Assembly: GCA_036785375.1 (NCBI GenBank)
Contig: JAWMAR010000010.1
Coordinates: forward strand, 6,448,001-6,512,000
Reading direction: 5' to 3'
Source: Leucoraja ocellata
Taxonomy: Eukaryota
Length of the DNA: 64,000 nt
In this document: in pieces, positions 48,401-62,775 of the stretch
How positions within the stretch are numbered: the stretch's first letter is position 1
How the letters are laid out: each line of letters starts with the position of its first letter
Program-made: the position numbers and the translations under genes
The notes under the pieces: model-generated
Database searches by the model: none
Seen by the model: the letters and a program-made list of their open reading frames with translations, nothing else
Told to the model about the DNA's origin: nothing

Positions 48401-49635
48401 GTGGGTGGGGTTTTTCACGGTTGGAGCGGTGTTTGCGGCTGGGAATCTGGCACAGACGTTATAGTAATTATAGTTTAGTTTAGTTTTAAGAAGCATGGGA
48501 AGAGGTCACAGTTTGAACCATGCACGAGTTCCACCATGCACGAATTTGACAACGAGTAAGATCAAAATGTATTTAAACAAGAAGACATGGATGGATATCT
48601 ACTGTTGTTACTACTGCAATAAAGGAACAATTAATTAAGAGGCTGTGTTTGGGAGATGTGTCATTCAACGGCATTAAATGTCTCGTGGAGCGCTCACCAA
48701 TGCGTTTCGATTATCCCCTGAATCCCTGGCTTCAATCAAAGTGACTACAGTAAATATTCCTTGAACGATATGAAAATCTGTCACTACAAGGTGCTCAAAA
48801 AGCCTGTTGGCACTTTAGCCTTTCATCAATCACAGTATTGAATATAGGAGTTGGGAGGTCATGCTGCAGTTGTATAAAACGTTGGTGAGACCGCATTTAG
48901 AATATGTTGTTAAGTTCTGGGCATCATGTTATAGGAAATATTTTGTCAAATTTGAAAGGGTTCAGAAAAGATTTACGATGATGTTGCCAGGTCTAGAGGG
49001 TGTGAGCTGTAGGGAGGGTTGAGTAGGCTGGGTCTCTATTCCATGGGAGCAGGAGGATGAATGATGATCTAAAAGAGCTGCATAAAATCATTAGAAGAAG
49101 ATACACAGAGACCCTTTCTAGAGTAGTTGCATCGAGGACCCGAGGACCTAGGATTCTTCCTGATCTTTCCCCCTGAATAATGTAAATATGACCACTCAGA
49201 AGAGCGTTTCTACTTCATTTTTCAACGGGGCCTACTAGAAACACCTGGAACGAAATGGAAAATGGGTAGATTAGGTCAGTGTATGGGAACTGTAGCTCAA
49301 AGTCTCAAAAAAGTTGTGACTGATATTTTGTCCGACCTTTCGACAGCTGCAACCTCGTGGAACATATTTAAATTTCGAAATATTATTAGCAAACCTACTT
49401 TACAGTTGGTTTGTTCCGTGCGTGATGAATTGGTGCATGTGCAATGAACGACTACCCTCGTGATTGTTGTCGTATAACATCACACGCGAGCAAAATCCGT
49501 AATGAATGTCCACAGGGAGGTAATCTCAATAACTCGTTAATCTTTTCCTTGGCTTATAAATGTTCAGTGGTTTAATCTCCCACTATAACATCTGTAAGCT
49601 TTGTACTGCGTTTGCGAGGTCGCTGTGAAGGAGAA

Positions 49636-51365
49636 ATGGGTCGCCTGCTGCACTTGCCGGTTGAATATTACTATTACCCAATCCTGGCATCAATTGGAGT
49701 GCCGGGTATGTCACTTGACGGTTACATGTGAGATGGGCTGGACGACATTTGATTGGGAAACGGCAATGATGAAAATAAAGTGAAAATACTGTGACAAAAC
49801 GTGCTAAATGCTGGGTTGCACCATGGAACAGGGTTTGGGGAATAACCTAAATGTATTTATTTAATCGTTTGCCGTTTACTGGGACTGGTATAAAATTGTT
49901 CTTGTATTATTGTTTAGAGTCAAGTCGAGTCAAGAGTCAATAGTGTTTTATTGTCAAATGTCCCGGACGGGACAATGAAATTCTTAACTGCTGCTATACC
50001 TAACAGAATATGTGAATGTGTGATCATTGTATATAATGAGGAAGAAATAAAAAGTTCAATGACTAACAAATATAGTGCACATAGCAAATAATAATATAGT
50101 ATTTTGCTGTTCAGAACTCATAGCTTATTCGTTGCGTTTAATAGCCTGATGGCTGTGGGGAAATAGCTGTTGCTAAACCTGGACGTTACAGTCTTCAGGC
50201 GCCTTTAACTTCTGCCTGATGGCAGTGGTGAGATACGTGTGTGGCTAGGATGGTGTTTCTCTGTTGATTCATTCACTGTTAGGTGGAATGTTTATTCGTG
50301 AGCGCAGTGTCAGGGATCGCATTCAAAACAAAGGAATTCCCGTCCATCACATCCTTTTCACAATTTTAGGAAAGTAAGCAAAATATTAATATACACCCAC
50401 CCATCACTCAACTCGAAAGGTCTTCTGTCCACATAATCACCATTGCTTCTTTCTTACTCCCCTAGTGAATCTGCTGGCGATTGTGGTCTTGTCCCGAGGA
50501 AAGTGCGGTCTCTCCAAATGCATCACTCGTTATCTGGTGGCTATGGCGACGGCGGACCTCACGGTGATTGTCTGCGAAGTGATTTTAAATCGGATTGTAG
50601 TTCTTTATTGGCGGAACACAATCCTGTTCTACACACCTGTGTGCAGGTGTATTCTCTTCCTGTCCGCAGCGGCCGTAGACTGTTCCGTGTGGTTCACGGT
50701 CGCTTTCACATTTGATAGGTTTGTGGCCATCTCCAAACCGAATCTGAGATCCAGATACACCACCGGCGGTGGTTATGGTGACCCTATGTGCCTTCTTCTG
50801 TTTACAGAACGTTCCCTGGCCTTTCGCTTATAATTCTTTCTACAGGTGGAATGGTTCACAATGGGGCTGCCGAATCCTATTGGACTTCTATTTCCTTCCC
50901 GCATGGATCGCATTTTCTTGGATGGAGCCGCTGTTGACCCCAGTGATTCCATTCTGTTTGATTTTGCTCTTTAATGCGCACACGGCGAGACGTATTTTAA
51001 TGGCCAATCGGGTCCGCAGGAGGCTCCGCGATCTCAGTCGTGGAGACCCGGAGACGGAAAGCCGTAAACGGTCAATCATTTTACTCTTTGCAATTTCCAG
51101 CAGCTTTATCCTGCTCTGGGTCACAACTGTATCTCATTTTGTTTACAATCGATGTGTCAACGGATTTTGGGGGCGAGGTTTGTCAAACCCATATGCAAAA
51201 TTTGAAAAAATTGGAGTTCTGCTGCAACTGCTGAACACGTGTACAAACACACTGATTTACACCGTCACCCAGGGGAAGTTCAGAGACCAGCTCCTTCACG
51301 CACTTCAATGGCCCGTTGCGTTAACTGGAACGTTTGTGCAAAATATCAAATCATTTTTTAAATGA
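49636..51365 (+). pseudogene. GPR139-like GPCR paralogue, frameshifted (exon 1 49636-49705; exon 2 from 50466)
   Basis: Exon 1 MGRLLHLPVEYYYYPILASIGVP and both splice sites are intact. A net 11-bp loss near 50758 (agatacaccaccggcgg vs agatactgcaccgaaagaaccgcggcgg) gives a stop at 50831-50833; the remainder is ORF 50769-51365. Confidence 0.9.
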
Positions 51366-52649
51366 CATCAGGTACCAAGTCTACCCGGGTGTGACTTTAT
51401 GGATCTCTGGTGAAGAGAGGGCATTGAACGAAAATCTCACCTATCTTTCAAAAAACATTTTAAAAAATGTCACTCACATTCGGCTAAAACAATAATATCC
51501 CCGCACATGACAGCGTAGAGCGAGCGGTTTTGGCAGCCCCACCGGTCCCCAGGCCCGCCCCCTGCCCTTTAAATTGAACACCGCCGATTTCCGGGTAGGG
51601 CGAACGGCGGGTCCCGATGTTCACTTCTACTGGAGCGGACGCCCGGTATTTCCAGTTGAAAAATCTGCGACATCTCTGATTTCCTTTCAATCCAGCAGCC
51701 GCCCTATTCGGCTCTAAATGCAAAACCTTTAAGTTTCCCGATGCATTCCACGTCCTTCGCACTTGAATTCTTACTCATGTGGGTGCCCAAGTCACAACTT
51801 TACTTGATGACATTAACGTAGAGTGCGTCTCCCACATTCCAGCAGCAACATTCAACTGAACGGGAGTTTCATTGTATTCTTTGTGCCCCCTTTCAACAGA
51901 ACCCGTTATTCCAATTTAGAGGCGCTTTCGAATTACAATGCACTAATTAACTAAACAAAAGATGAAAGTAACGAGAATTGCTGATATTCATACAAGCCAG
52001 TGTAGATACATAATCTATATTTTTAGATAAAGGAGATATTGACTGTCTACAGATTTTACCGCGGTAATTTGCATAGATATGATTGATATGCAGAAGATCT
52101 GACGGCTTGTGCACCTACATGTCCCATCTGCCATGTAGAGATTGGCTCTCTCGCTGTCTCTTCTCTGCTGAATGGATACTGGCTGGTTATATAACCCATT
52201 CTTCAAATATCTTTGCAATATTACACGTTACATCTGAACATTCAAATTCAGGACCAATTATGGACCAGATTGACGAATCCTGACAGAGCCTCACGATATT
52301 CAAATAACACCTGGACAAAAATGACGCGTGGTTCTGTGAGGTATTGTCAGCATTTTGCCAGTGACACCGGGCGAGTTATCTTCCCACATCACGATTGTTT
52401 TATTATCCTCTGTTCTAAAGCGGAACAATGAAGAATGTACTCGCAGCACCACAACAGACAAGTAAACATCATACTGTGCAAAAAAAAAACATAATATAGA
52501 ACAATGCCGCCTCTCCACACGCCATCCACCTCCCCCAAACCAAACTGTTCTACTGAGTCCACATCTCTCCAGTAGATTTCTCAAATGCATATTTATCTGT
52601 AGCTGACTCAATTGACTTACGTAAAATCTAATGAGACTTCGACCAGTAA

Positions 52650-53180
52650 TAGACAACAGACAATTGACAGTAGGTACAGGAGTAGGCCATTTGGCCTGTC
52701 AAGCCAGCACCCCCATTTAATGTGATCATGGCTGCTCATCCCCAAACAGTAACCCGTTTCTGCCTTCTCCCCATTAACACCGCTATCTTTAAGAGCCCGA
52801 TCTCGCCCTCGCTTGAAAGTATCCAGAGAACCGGCCTCCACCACCGGCTGAGACAGAGAATTCCACATACTCACTATTCTCTGCTTGAAACAGTGTTTCC
52901 TCATCTCCGTTAAAAAATGGCCTACACCTTATTCTTAAGCAGTGCCCCCCTTATTCTGGACTCCCACCAACATCGGGATCCAGTTCTCTGTCTCTATCGT
53001 TTCTAAAGCCTTACTAATCTTATGTTTCAATAATATCCCTTCTCACCTTTCTAAATTCCAGATTATACAAGCCCAGCTGCTCCATTATACGAGGATATGA
53101 CAGCCCCGCCATCCTGGGAATTAACCTAGGAAACTTACGCTACACTCCGTCAATAGCAAGAATGTCCTTCCTCAAATTAG
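52650..53180 (-). mobile_element. Degraded CR1 3' fragment, mostly deleted in unit A
   Basis: ORF 52617-52904(-) MRKHCFKQRIVSMWNSLSQPVVEAGSLDTFK matches the CR1 ORF2 end. Confidence 0.7.
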
Positions 53181-53550
53181 GGGACATGTAATGTCATGAC
53201 TCCTTTAATGGAGTTATATTGTAAATGCTTCATTATCAAGAGTTTTTTTCCAATGTGCTCCACGAGATGCCGATTTACATTAAACCGTGACATCGGGAAG
53301 GGAGCGGTCGCTCTCGGTGAATATGTTCCAGATTCGTTGTTCGTTCGTTTTGACATGCTCTGCAAGGTCCCGTTAAACAGCTCGCAGAACTAATGTTACA
53401 TAGGAATTAAATGCCCATGACAGACATATGACTTTTTCTCTTGTTATCAACTAAACAAATATGTGTTATTGAAGGTAATGGTTATATTGTGATCAATCTC
53501 TTTATCCCAGGAGGTTGCAGGCAGTTCCTTGTGACACAGGAAAACGAATT

Positions 53551-54562
53551 TACGATGCCGAACTTCATTAACTTCACAACTAATTTCCATCCCGCACAGA
53601 ATTCACTTGGGCCAATTCCGCTATCTCCCGACCGTTTCTTCTTCTCACCGTCTCTATCACGGGAGATAGACTATCGACGGGCATCTACTATAAACCTACT
53701 GACTCCCACAGCTATCTTGACTACATTTCTTCCCACTCTGCCTCCTGTAAAGACTCTATCCCCTACTCCCAATCCCTCCGTCTGCGCCGCATCTGCGCCC
53801 ACGTTTAAGTGTTCCATGCCATGGCATCTGAGATGTACTCATTCTATATTCACCAGGGTTCACCTCTTACATTATAGATTAGTCCCTCACTGAGGTCTTC
53901 TCGATATCCCGCAGCTCTGCCCTTGCTCCCCCACCCCAGTCGCAGCAGGGACAGTATCGCCCAGTCCGCACATTTCACCCCATCAGCCATCGTACAAGCA
54001 TATGATCCTCCGATATATCCGCTACCTCTAACGAGATCCTACCACGAGCGATATCTTTCCATCTTCAACCCTATCCGTTTTCCGCAGAGACCGGTTCCTC
54101 CGAAACTCACTGGTTAATATGTCCTTCCCGTTAATAATCTAGCTTCCTAGCTACTTTCCCCTGCAACCGCGGGAGCTACAACGACTGTCCCTATACCTCC
54201 TCCGTCCAATGACTCGGACAGTCTTTTCGGGTGAGGCAGAGATTCACATGCATCTCCTCCAACCTCATCTACGGTGTCCGCTGTTCCAGGTGTTGGCTGC
54301 TATATGTGGGCGACACCAAGAGAAGGCTCTGTGTTCGTTTCGCTGACCACCTTATCTCTGTCCGCCTGGAACTGCCCGATCTCCCGCTTGCCAAATACTT
54401 TAATTCCCATTCCCATTCCCACACTAACGTTTGGCTCCTAGGCCTCCTCCATTGTCAGAGCGAGGCCATACACGAATTGGAGGACCAGCATCTCATATTT
54501 CGCTTAGACAGCTTACAACCCAGTAGTATGAAAATTGATTTCTCCCACTTCAAGTAACCTCT
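53551..54562 (+). mobile_element. Penelope-like fragment (unit B copy)
   Basis: GIY-YIG ORF 54231-54557. Confidence 0.85.
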
Positions 54563-55959
54563 GCATTCTGTCTCTCTCTCTCCATCTCTCCCCCACCTAA
54601 GTCGCAGTTTATTCCAAATCATCTTCTTCAGTCTCATAGTCTACAAGTCGTACAAACCTAAGAAACTTTTTGCATATCTTAAAAACACAAAAACATAGAA
54701 CAATAGGTGCAGGAGTAGGCGATTCGGCTCCGTCAGCCAATATGACGACTGCAGATCATCTAAAATCAGTACCCCGTTCCTGATTCTTACCCATATCCTA
54801 GATTCCTATTGCTCTAAGAGCAAAATCTCTTTTGAACACTACGAGTGAATTGGCCTCCACTCCCTTCTGTTGCAGATAATTCCACAGGATCACAACTAAC
54901 TGGGTGAAAATATTTTTCCTCATCCCGGTCCTAAATGGGCTCTCCTTATTCTAAAATTGGGACCTCTAGTTTTGGACTTCATCAACATCGGGAACATTTT
55001 ACATGCATGCAGCCTGTCCAATCATTTAACAAGGTTATATGCTTCTATAAGATCGCCTTCCATCCTTCTAATCTCCAGGAAATACAAGCCCAGTTCACCC
55101 ATTATTTTGTCATATGTCAGTCCCGCCATACCCGGAATTAACCTACACCACAGCCACTCAAAAACATGAATGTCGTTCCTCAAATTAGAAGGCCACAATT
55201 GCACACAATACTCCAGGTGCGGTCTCACCAGGTACAAATGCAGTGGGACTTCCTTGCTCCTATACTCATCCTCTCGCAATGAAGGCCATCATGCCATTAG
55301 ATTTCATCACTGCCTGCTGTACATGCACGCTCACGTTCAATGACGGATGGACAAGCACAGCCAGATTTTGTTGCACCTCCACTTTTCAAAATCTGACAAC
55401 ATAACGATAGTAACCTCGTCCAAATCCTTAATATATATTGTAAATAACTGGGTCCCAGCACCAGTACCCCACTAATCACTGCATTCTTTCATTCGTCTAT
55501 TCTATATGTCCCAACATCACCGTCTGGATATGCCGGTTCCATTTCTCCTGGCTCTCCTGTCAGAAGCACACTGCGAACCTGATCAAGTTCAGTGCCATTG
55601 TTTCCTCGCTGATCTTCTGCACATAGACGTTAGAGAAATAGTGTAGAAACTGGCCATTTGGCCCACCGAGGTGGTATCCAGGTGGAGTACTGGTGCTGGG
55701 ACCCAGTTATTTACAATATATATTAAGGATTTGAACGAGGTTACTATCGTTATGGTGTCAGATTTGGGAAAGGGGAGGTGCAACGTAACCTGGGTACACT
55801 GGGTCGTACCCAGCGTTCACTTCGTACACTTACACTGTCCTACACACTTGGAACAATGTCAAATTTACAGATATCAATTAATCTACCAACCTGTACATAT
55901 TTGGAAGGCATTGGAATGGAATGGAATGGAATGGAATGGAATGGAATGATTTATTGGCA

Positions 55960-58211
55960 CATATAACCATATAACCATATAACAATTACAGCACGGAAAC
56001 AGGCCATCTCGGCCCTACAAGTCCATGCCCAACAAATTATTTTCCCCCTTAGTCCCACCTGCCTGCACTCATACCATAACCCTCCATTCCCTTCTCATCC
56101 ATATACCTATCCAATTTATTTTTAAATGATACCAATGAACATGCCTCCACCACTTCCACTGGGAGCTCATTCCACACCGCCACCACTCTCTGCGTAAAGA
56201 CGTTCCCCCTCATATTACCCCTAAACTTCTGTCCCTTAATTCTGAAGTCATGTCCTCTTGTTTGAATCTTCCCTATTCTCAAAGGGAAAAGCTTGTCCAC
56301 ATCAACTCTGTCTATCCCTCTAATCATTTTAAAGACCTCTCTCAGGTCCCCCCTTAACCTTCTGCGCGCCAGAGAATAAAGACCTAACTTATTCAACCTA
56401 TCTCTGTAACTTAGTTGTTGAAACCCAGGCAACATTCTAGTAAATCTCCTCTGTACTCTCTCTATTTTGTTGACATCCTTCCTATAATTGGGCGACCAAA
56501 ATTGTACACCATACTCCAGAATTGGTCTCACCAATGCCTTGTACAATTTTAACATTACATCCCAGCTTCTATACTCAATGCTCTGATTTATAAAGGCTAG
56601 CATACCAAAAGCTTTCTTTACCACCCTATCTATATGAGATTCCACCTTCAAGGAACTATGAACGGTTATACCCAGATCCCTCTGTTCAACTGTATTCTTC
56701 AATTCCCTACCATTTACCATGTACGTCCTATTTTGATTTGTCCTGCCAAGGTATAGCACCTCACATTTATCAGCATTAAACTCCATCTGCCATCTTTCAG
56801 CCCATTTTTCCAAATGGCCTAAATCACTCTGTAGACTTTGGAAATCCTCTTCATTATCCACAACATCCCCTATCGTGGTATCATCTGCATACTTATTAAT
56901 CCAATTTACCACACCTTTATCCAGATCATTGATGTACATGACAAACAACAAAGGACCCAACACAGATCCCTGAGGCACCCCACGAGTCACCTGCCTCCAA
57001 CCCGATAAACAGCCACCCACCATTACCCTCTGGCTTCTCCCATTCAGCCACTGTTGAATCCATCAACATGGATTTGTGCCTGGAAGGTCTTGTTTAACTA
57101 ATCTTCTTGAATTTTTTGAAGATGTTACACGGGAAATTAATGAGGGTAACGCAGTGGATGTTGTGTATACGGACTTCAGTAAGGCCTTTGACAAGGTTCC
57201 TCGTGGAAGGTTGGTTAAGAAGGTTCAATGGTTGGGTATTAATGGTGGAGTAGCAAGATGGATTCAACAGTGGCTGAATGGGAGATGCCAGAGAGTAATG
57301 GTGGATGGTTGTTTGTCAGGTTGGAAGCCAGTGACGAGTGGGGTGCCACAGGGATCTGTGTTGGGTCCACTGTTGTTTGTAATGTACATCAATGATCTGG
57401 ATGATGGTGTGGTAAATTGGATTAGTAAATATGCAGATGATACTAAGATAGGTGGGGTTGTGGATAATGAAGAACGTAGATAAACAGAGGGATCTGGGAA
57501 TAACTGTGCACAGTTCCCTGAAAGTGGAATCTCATGTAGATAGGGTGGTAAAGAAAGCTTTTTGTGTGCTGGCCTTTATAAATCAGAGCATTGAGTATAG
57601 AAGTTGGGATGTAATGTTAAAATTGTACAAGGCATTGGTGAGGCCAATTCTGGAGTATGGTGTACAATTTTGGTCTCCTAATTATAGGAAGGATGTCAAC
57701 AAAATAGAGAGAGTACAGAGGAGATTTACTAGAATGTTGCCTGGGTTTCAGCAACTAAGTTACAGAGAAAGGTTGAACAAGTTAGGGCTTTATTCTTTGG
57801 AGCGCAGAAGGTTAAGGAGGGACTTGGTAGAGGTTTTTAAAATGATGAGAGGGATAGACAGAGTTGACGTGGAAAAGCTTTTCCCACTGAGAGTCGGGAA
57901 GATTCAAACAAGGCGACATGACATGAGAATTAAGGGACTGAAGTTTAGGGGTAACATGAGGGGGAACGTCTTTACTCAGAGAGTGGTAGCTGTGTGGAAT
58001 GAGCTTCCAGCGAAGGTGGTGGAGGCAGGTTCGTTTTTATCATTTAAAAATAAATTGGATAGTTATATGGATGGGAAGGGAATGGAGGGTTATGGTCTGA
58101 GCGCAGGTATATGGGACTAGGGGAGATTATGTGTTCGGCACGGACTAGAAGGGTCGAGATGGCCTGTTTCCGTGCTGTAATTGTTATATGGTTATTATAT
58201 GGTTATATGGT
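55960..58211. mobile_element. Head-to-head CR1 pair at the B/C junction; the plus copy has a 152-bp internal deletion
   Basis: ORFs 56049-57023(-), 57076-57483(+) and 57452-58120(+). Confidence 0.95.
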
Positions 58212-58286
58212 AATATACGTAACCCATGTTAAGTTGATCACCTGTTTCGCATATTGATGTCCACCTCAAATGATGTTGTCAAACGC

Positions 58287-59104
58287 TGACAGGAGGAGGA
58301 ATACAGGAACTTGACCAGTTCCTTTTGTGCCTGGAGTGAAGAGAACTGTCCCATCCTGAACACAACTAAGACTAAAGAGATGGTGGTTAACTTTGGCAGG
58401 TCCAAGCTCCCCCTTCAGCCGGTCAATGCTGCTGGGGCTGACATTGAGGTGGTGCAGACATACAAATACCTTGGAGTGCACCTTGATAACAAACTGGACT
58501 GGTCTGTCAACTCTGACTCCCTCTACAAAAAAGGCCAGAGCAGACTCTCTTTCCTCAGAAGGCTCAAATCCTTCAATGTGTGTAACGACATGCTGCACGT
58601 GTTTTACAAAACTGTGGTTGCAAGTGTCATTTTCTACGCTGTTGTCTGCGGGAGCAACAACATCAGAGAAAAAAACAACAAGAATCAGGACAAACTGGTT
58701 GAACGAGCTAGCTCAGTGCTGGAGGGGAGAGTGGACTCTGTGGTGGATGTGCTTGAGAGGCGTATGAGGCACAAGGTGCAGGTCATCCTGAAAAACCCCG
58801 GGCATCCCCTCTGGAGAGTCAAAAGAGCACTCGGAACAACAACCAGCTCCCCTCCTTGCCCTGCAGAACGGAGCAGTTCAGGAGATCCTTCACCCCTGCA
58901 GCCATTAGATTTTATAATTCGGACCGCTAGGCTGTAGGGGGATGCATTTTTGCAATTTTTAATTTTAAATTGTTAAATATTGGTCTTTTTAAGTATTTAT
59001 TGCTCTCAGGTAGTGTCCACAGTGTATTCTATGTATTTTCTGTCTGCGTTCGTTTTGAATCTGTGAGTTTGTTGGTTGGGGGCTTCTGGACATCTGAATT
59101 TCCC
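58287..59104 (+). mobile_element. Rex/Babar LINE (unit C copy, frameshift near 58810)
   Basis: ORF 58311-58937. Confidence 0.85.
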
Positions 59105-59289
59105 NNNNNNNNNNNNNNNNNNNNNNNNNNNNNNNNNNNNNNNNNNNNNNNNNNNNNNNNNNNNNNNNNNNNNNNNNNNNNNNNNNNNNNNNNNNNNNNN
59201 NNNNNNNNNNNNNNNNNNNNNNNNNNNNNNNNNNNNNNNNNNNNNNNNNNNNNNNNNNNNNNNNNNNNNNNNNNNNNNNNNNNNNNNNN
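59105..59289. other. N-run (185 nt) at the Rex/Babar 3' tail
   Basis: Flanked by tgaatttccc and tggagaattgc. Confidence 0.9.
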
Positions 59290-62200
59290 TGGAGAATTGC
59301 GTTCAAATATCCGTCCGACTCACTTCACATATTTAAATGACGGATGTGAATGGAGATGCCAGGAATGGTCTTGTGGTATAATTACCGAGGCTTGTTTTAA
59401 TTGGTCTTGTTGTGTCCGCAGCAAGCGTGAAGACTGATCCATCCGTGGAAGCTGAGCAGACCAGTGTTCCGACTGCAATATAACCTGCCTCGCAATGAAG
59501 ACCGCCGATCACACCTGCTTTTGCGGTCTGGCTGATTTTGTCGACCTATGGTTGTCAATCATATTAATTCTCCAACTCGCTTTAATATTTGTGTAATATA
59601 ATAAAATGGAGTACTTCTAGTTCAAAGGAAAGGTTCTGTACACCGAGAGGGTTTGATATCTGGAATATGCTAGTAAACAAAGTGGTGGAAATGAGATACA
59701 ACAACATATACAATAGACGTTTAGACGCATGAACAGGCCCTTAATTCGGAAATAGTTGGAAGGATGGGCAAAGTGCTGCAAATTCCCAGTTGGTTAGAAG
59801 GGGACCGGGCATGAAGCGTCACCTATCCACGTCCTACAGAGTTGCTGCCTGATCCACTGACTTACGCAAGCACATCGTGTCTATCTTTGGTAAACACCGG
59901 CATCAGCAGTTCCCTCTTATTACAAGTTGAAAGGATATGGATCTAATTGAGGCCAACGGGATGCATGTACATAGACAAAGATGGTCATATCGACATGTGT
60001 GTCCGAAGGCCCAATTTCTTCAATGTACAATTCTCTGACCCATTGACTCCAGAAGCATGTCCAAACCTCCCTGCTGTGGCAACCCCTGGATCCTGACTAA
60101 TCTATTTCTAGTCCCTTTCTTCGTAGTGCTCTGCTTATAAATCTCAAATAATACATTTAACACGTAGTGAAGACAATCTTATTATTAATGCAGGTTGCTT
60201 AAATTAAAATATTAACAACCTTCGAGGTAAATTTTAATGGAAGTGCGATAAATCGAAAATGCTAATTAAATTCACTTATATAATACATAACCTTAATCTT
60301 GAATTCAATATGCTGTGTATATGTATAAAACTCTCAATATATTTGAATGGGAGAGCAACATGGAACAACGTGTAAAGTGGTCATTAAATTCAGATATACA
60401 ATAATTATTTGGTTTGCTTTAATTTGATGTTTTATTTTAATACAATGACGTTCTGAATTGCTTGTAACATTTCCAAAGGACCATTCGGCCCATTGGATCC
60501 ATGGCCACAACGAGCATTTGACTCATCTCCACTTATGTTTCTCTGTTACCTGTTATCTTGCACAAATCTCAGTCCATTTCCCGCCATTCTCCAGGCAATC
60601 ACCGTAGCGCTTGATCTTGGTTTACAGATACAGCATGGAAACTCCTTCGGTTTACAGAATCCACGTCCACCATCGATCTCCCATTCACACGTGCCCTGTG
60701 TTATCCCATGTACTCATCCACTCGCTGTAAATTAGGTGAAATAAACGAAGGCCAATTGATCTACAGGCCCGCACGGTCTTGGGATGTGGGTAGAAACCGG
60801 GTCTCCCGGAGAAAATCCTCCCGGTCACGGGCAGAACAGCACAGACAGGAGCTCAGGTTGACAAGTTGGTGCCTGCTTTTACAATCATAGAACATGTCAA
60901 CAGGCATTTCGGCCCCAGGTACTATGGGGATACGGAACCCCAGTGTTTAAAGGGAGCGTGGAACCCGTGGCCGGGTTAAAATAAAGGATCACACAAACCC
61001 GGGGCCTGTTTGTCAGAGGTATTACAAAAATGTGCGTCTTGGTGTGTTAACAAACTTTGACCCAAAAACTAACAAAGCAAATTACAATCTAACTCAAATC
61101 ACTAATCCCGTGTAAATCCAGTCACACATGTGCCTTTCCCAACCAGACCTTATGCTTTAGAGATATAGCGTGGAAACAGGCCCTGCGGCCCATCGCGTCC
61201 CCGCCGACCAGTGAACCCGGTATTAGCACTATCCTGCACATCGGAGGAAACCCACGCAGTCACAGGGAGAACATACAAACTCCCTACTGACAGCACGCAT
61301 AGTCAGGATGGAACATGGCGCTGTAAGGCAGCAACTCCACTGTTGCTCCACTGTGCCGCCACACACTCTTCTTCAAACTTCTGAAGATGGGGTCCAGTGA
61401 CATTTCCCCCTATGTCACTGGATCGTTCACTTTCTGACCCATGGACCACAAGCAGCGAAGATATGCGACAAAATATGCTCCACAATAATTCTCAACACAG
61501 GCGTCCCACAAGGATGTATTGGTATTCCCCTACTATTCTCCCTATAGTCGCGGTTGTGCGGACAAACCCTGCTCTGGATCATCTACCGTTGTAAACCGTT
61601 GTAGGGGGACGATAACCCGTTGTAGTGGGACGATGTCAAACAATTATGAGATGGTGTATAGGATGGAGATAGAGAGCGTAGTAAAACAACCCCCCCCCCC
61701 CCCCCCCCCCGCGATATGAACAACACAAATGAGCGGAAGGTTTCTGACTCGACATGTCAGCTATCCACGTCGTCCACAGATGCTGCGTGAGCCGCTGGAA
61801 GTAGTTGAGGGCTTCCGGTTCCTTAGAGCGCATCGCCAATAATGTGGCCTGGACCAACCACACTGAAGCTACAGCCAAAAAACTGATATTTTACTTCATC
61901 GGAGGCTGAAACAAGTACACCATGTCCGCAATAACAACCCACAGGGTGGTATGAGCCTGGATGGTTCTGCTTGGCATAATGCTGGAGGCTAATGCCATAG
62001 TGGTATTCAGGAGGCTTGTGAATTGGCAGGTGGGTATGCAGGCAATGGAGGGATATGAATTAAGAGCTGGCTGGTTAGAGTAGGTCTTGGCATCGTGTGC
62101 AGCACAAACATCTCCGCGCGGCGGGGGGGGGGGGGGGGGGGGGGAGGCTTTACACAGTGCCGTCCGCTATGGCAGTTTCCAGGCTCCGACCACGGGAGAA

Positions 62201-62743
62201 AAACGGATGAATATTCATTGCACTTTAACGGCTGCCATTGGAGTGAGAAATGGCTGATATTTATGTAGAAATTAATTGGTGTATGTGAACGTGAACTTGA
62301 TCTAATTTATCTATGGTAGTGACAGTGTTATTCTCATTAACATTAAGAAGAGGTTGAAATTTTCTGAATTGAAGTCCATACAGACTTAATGACCATGAGA
62401 TGTTTTTCTTGTAGCCTCTGCCTGACCCTCCACTTGAACTTGATCTAACTCATCAATGGACTTAGCAAAACTTATCAAAAGACTTGGAATCTGATGAAGA
62501 ATATTCAGATGAAGATCAGATGTAATGTAAACAAATAAATTGGGGAAATAAATGATTATATAAAGTTTTATTTTAGTGTCGATCGTTTCACTGTTTAGTT
62601 GGTCAAATTATTTAAACAATGTGTGAATTACGTATTATAATGGCATGCTGGTGAATGACAGTGCAACAGTCCACCCACTCATCCACACATACATATACAC
62701 ATCCACACACACATATCCATCCGTACGTGCATTTCCATGCATG

Positions 62744-62775
<32 letters not shown>

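Larger units (their letters stand above)
38659..58211 (+). repeat. Segmental duplicon unit B (19.6 kb) carrying the GPCR pseudogene
   Basis: Collinear with unit A apart from several indels. Confidence 0.95.

Noticed and set aside
2204-59289. CRISPR array or other repeat-spacer system in the N-runs or elsewhere
   Set aside because: The masked content is unreadable, no repeat-spacer pattern is visible, no cas-like ORF is present and the context is vertebrate.
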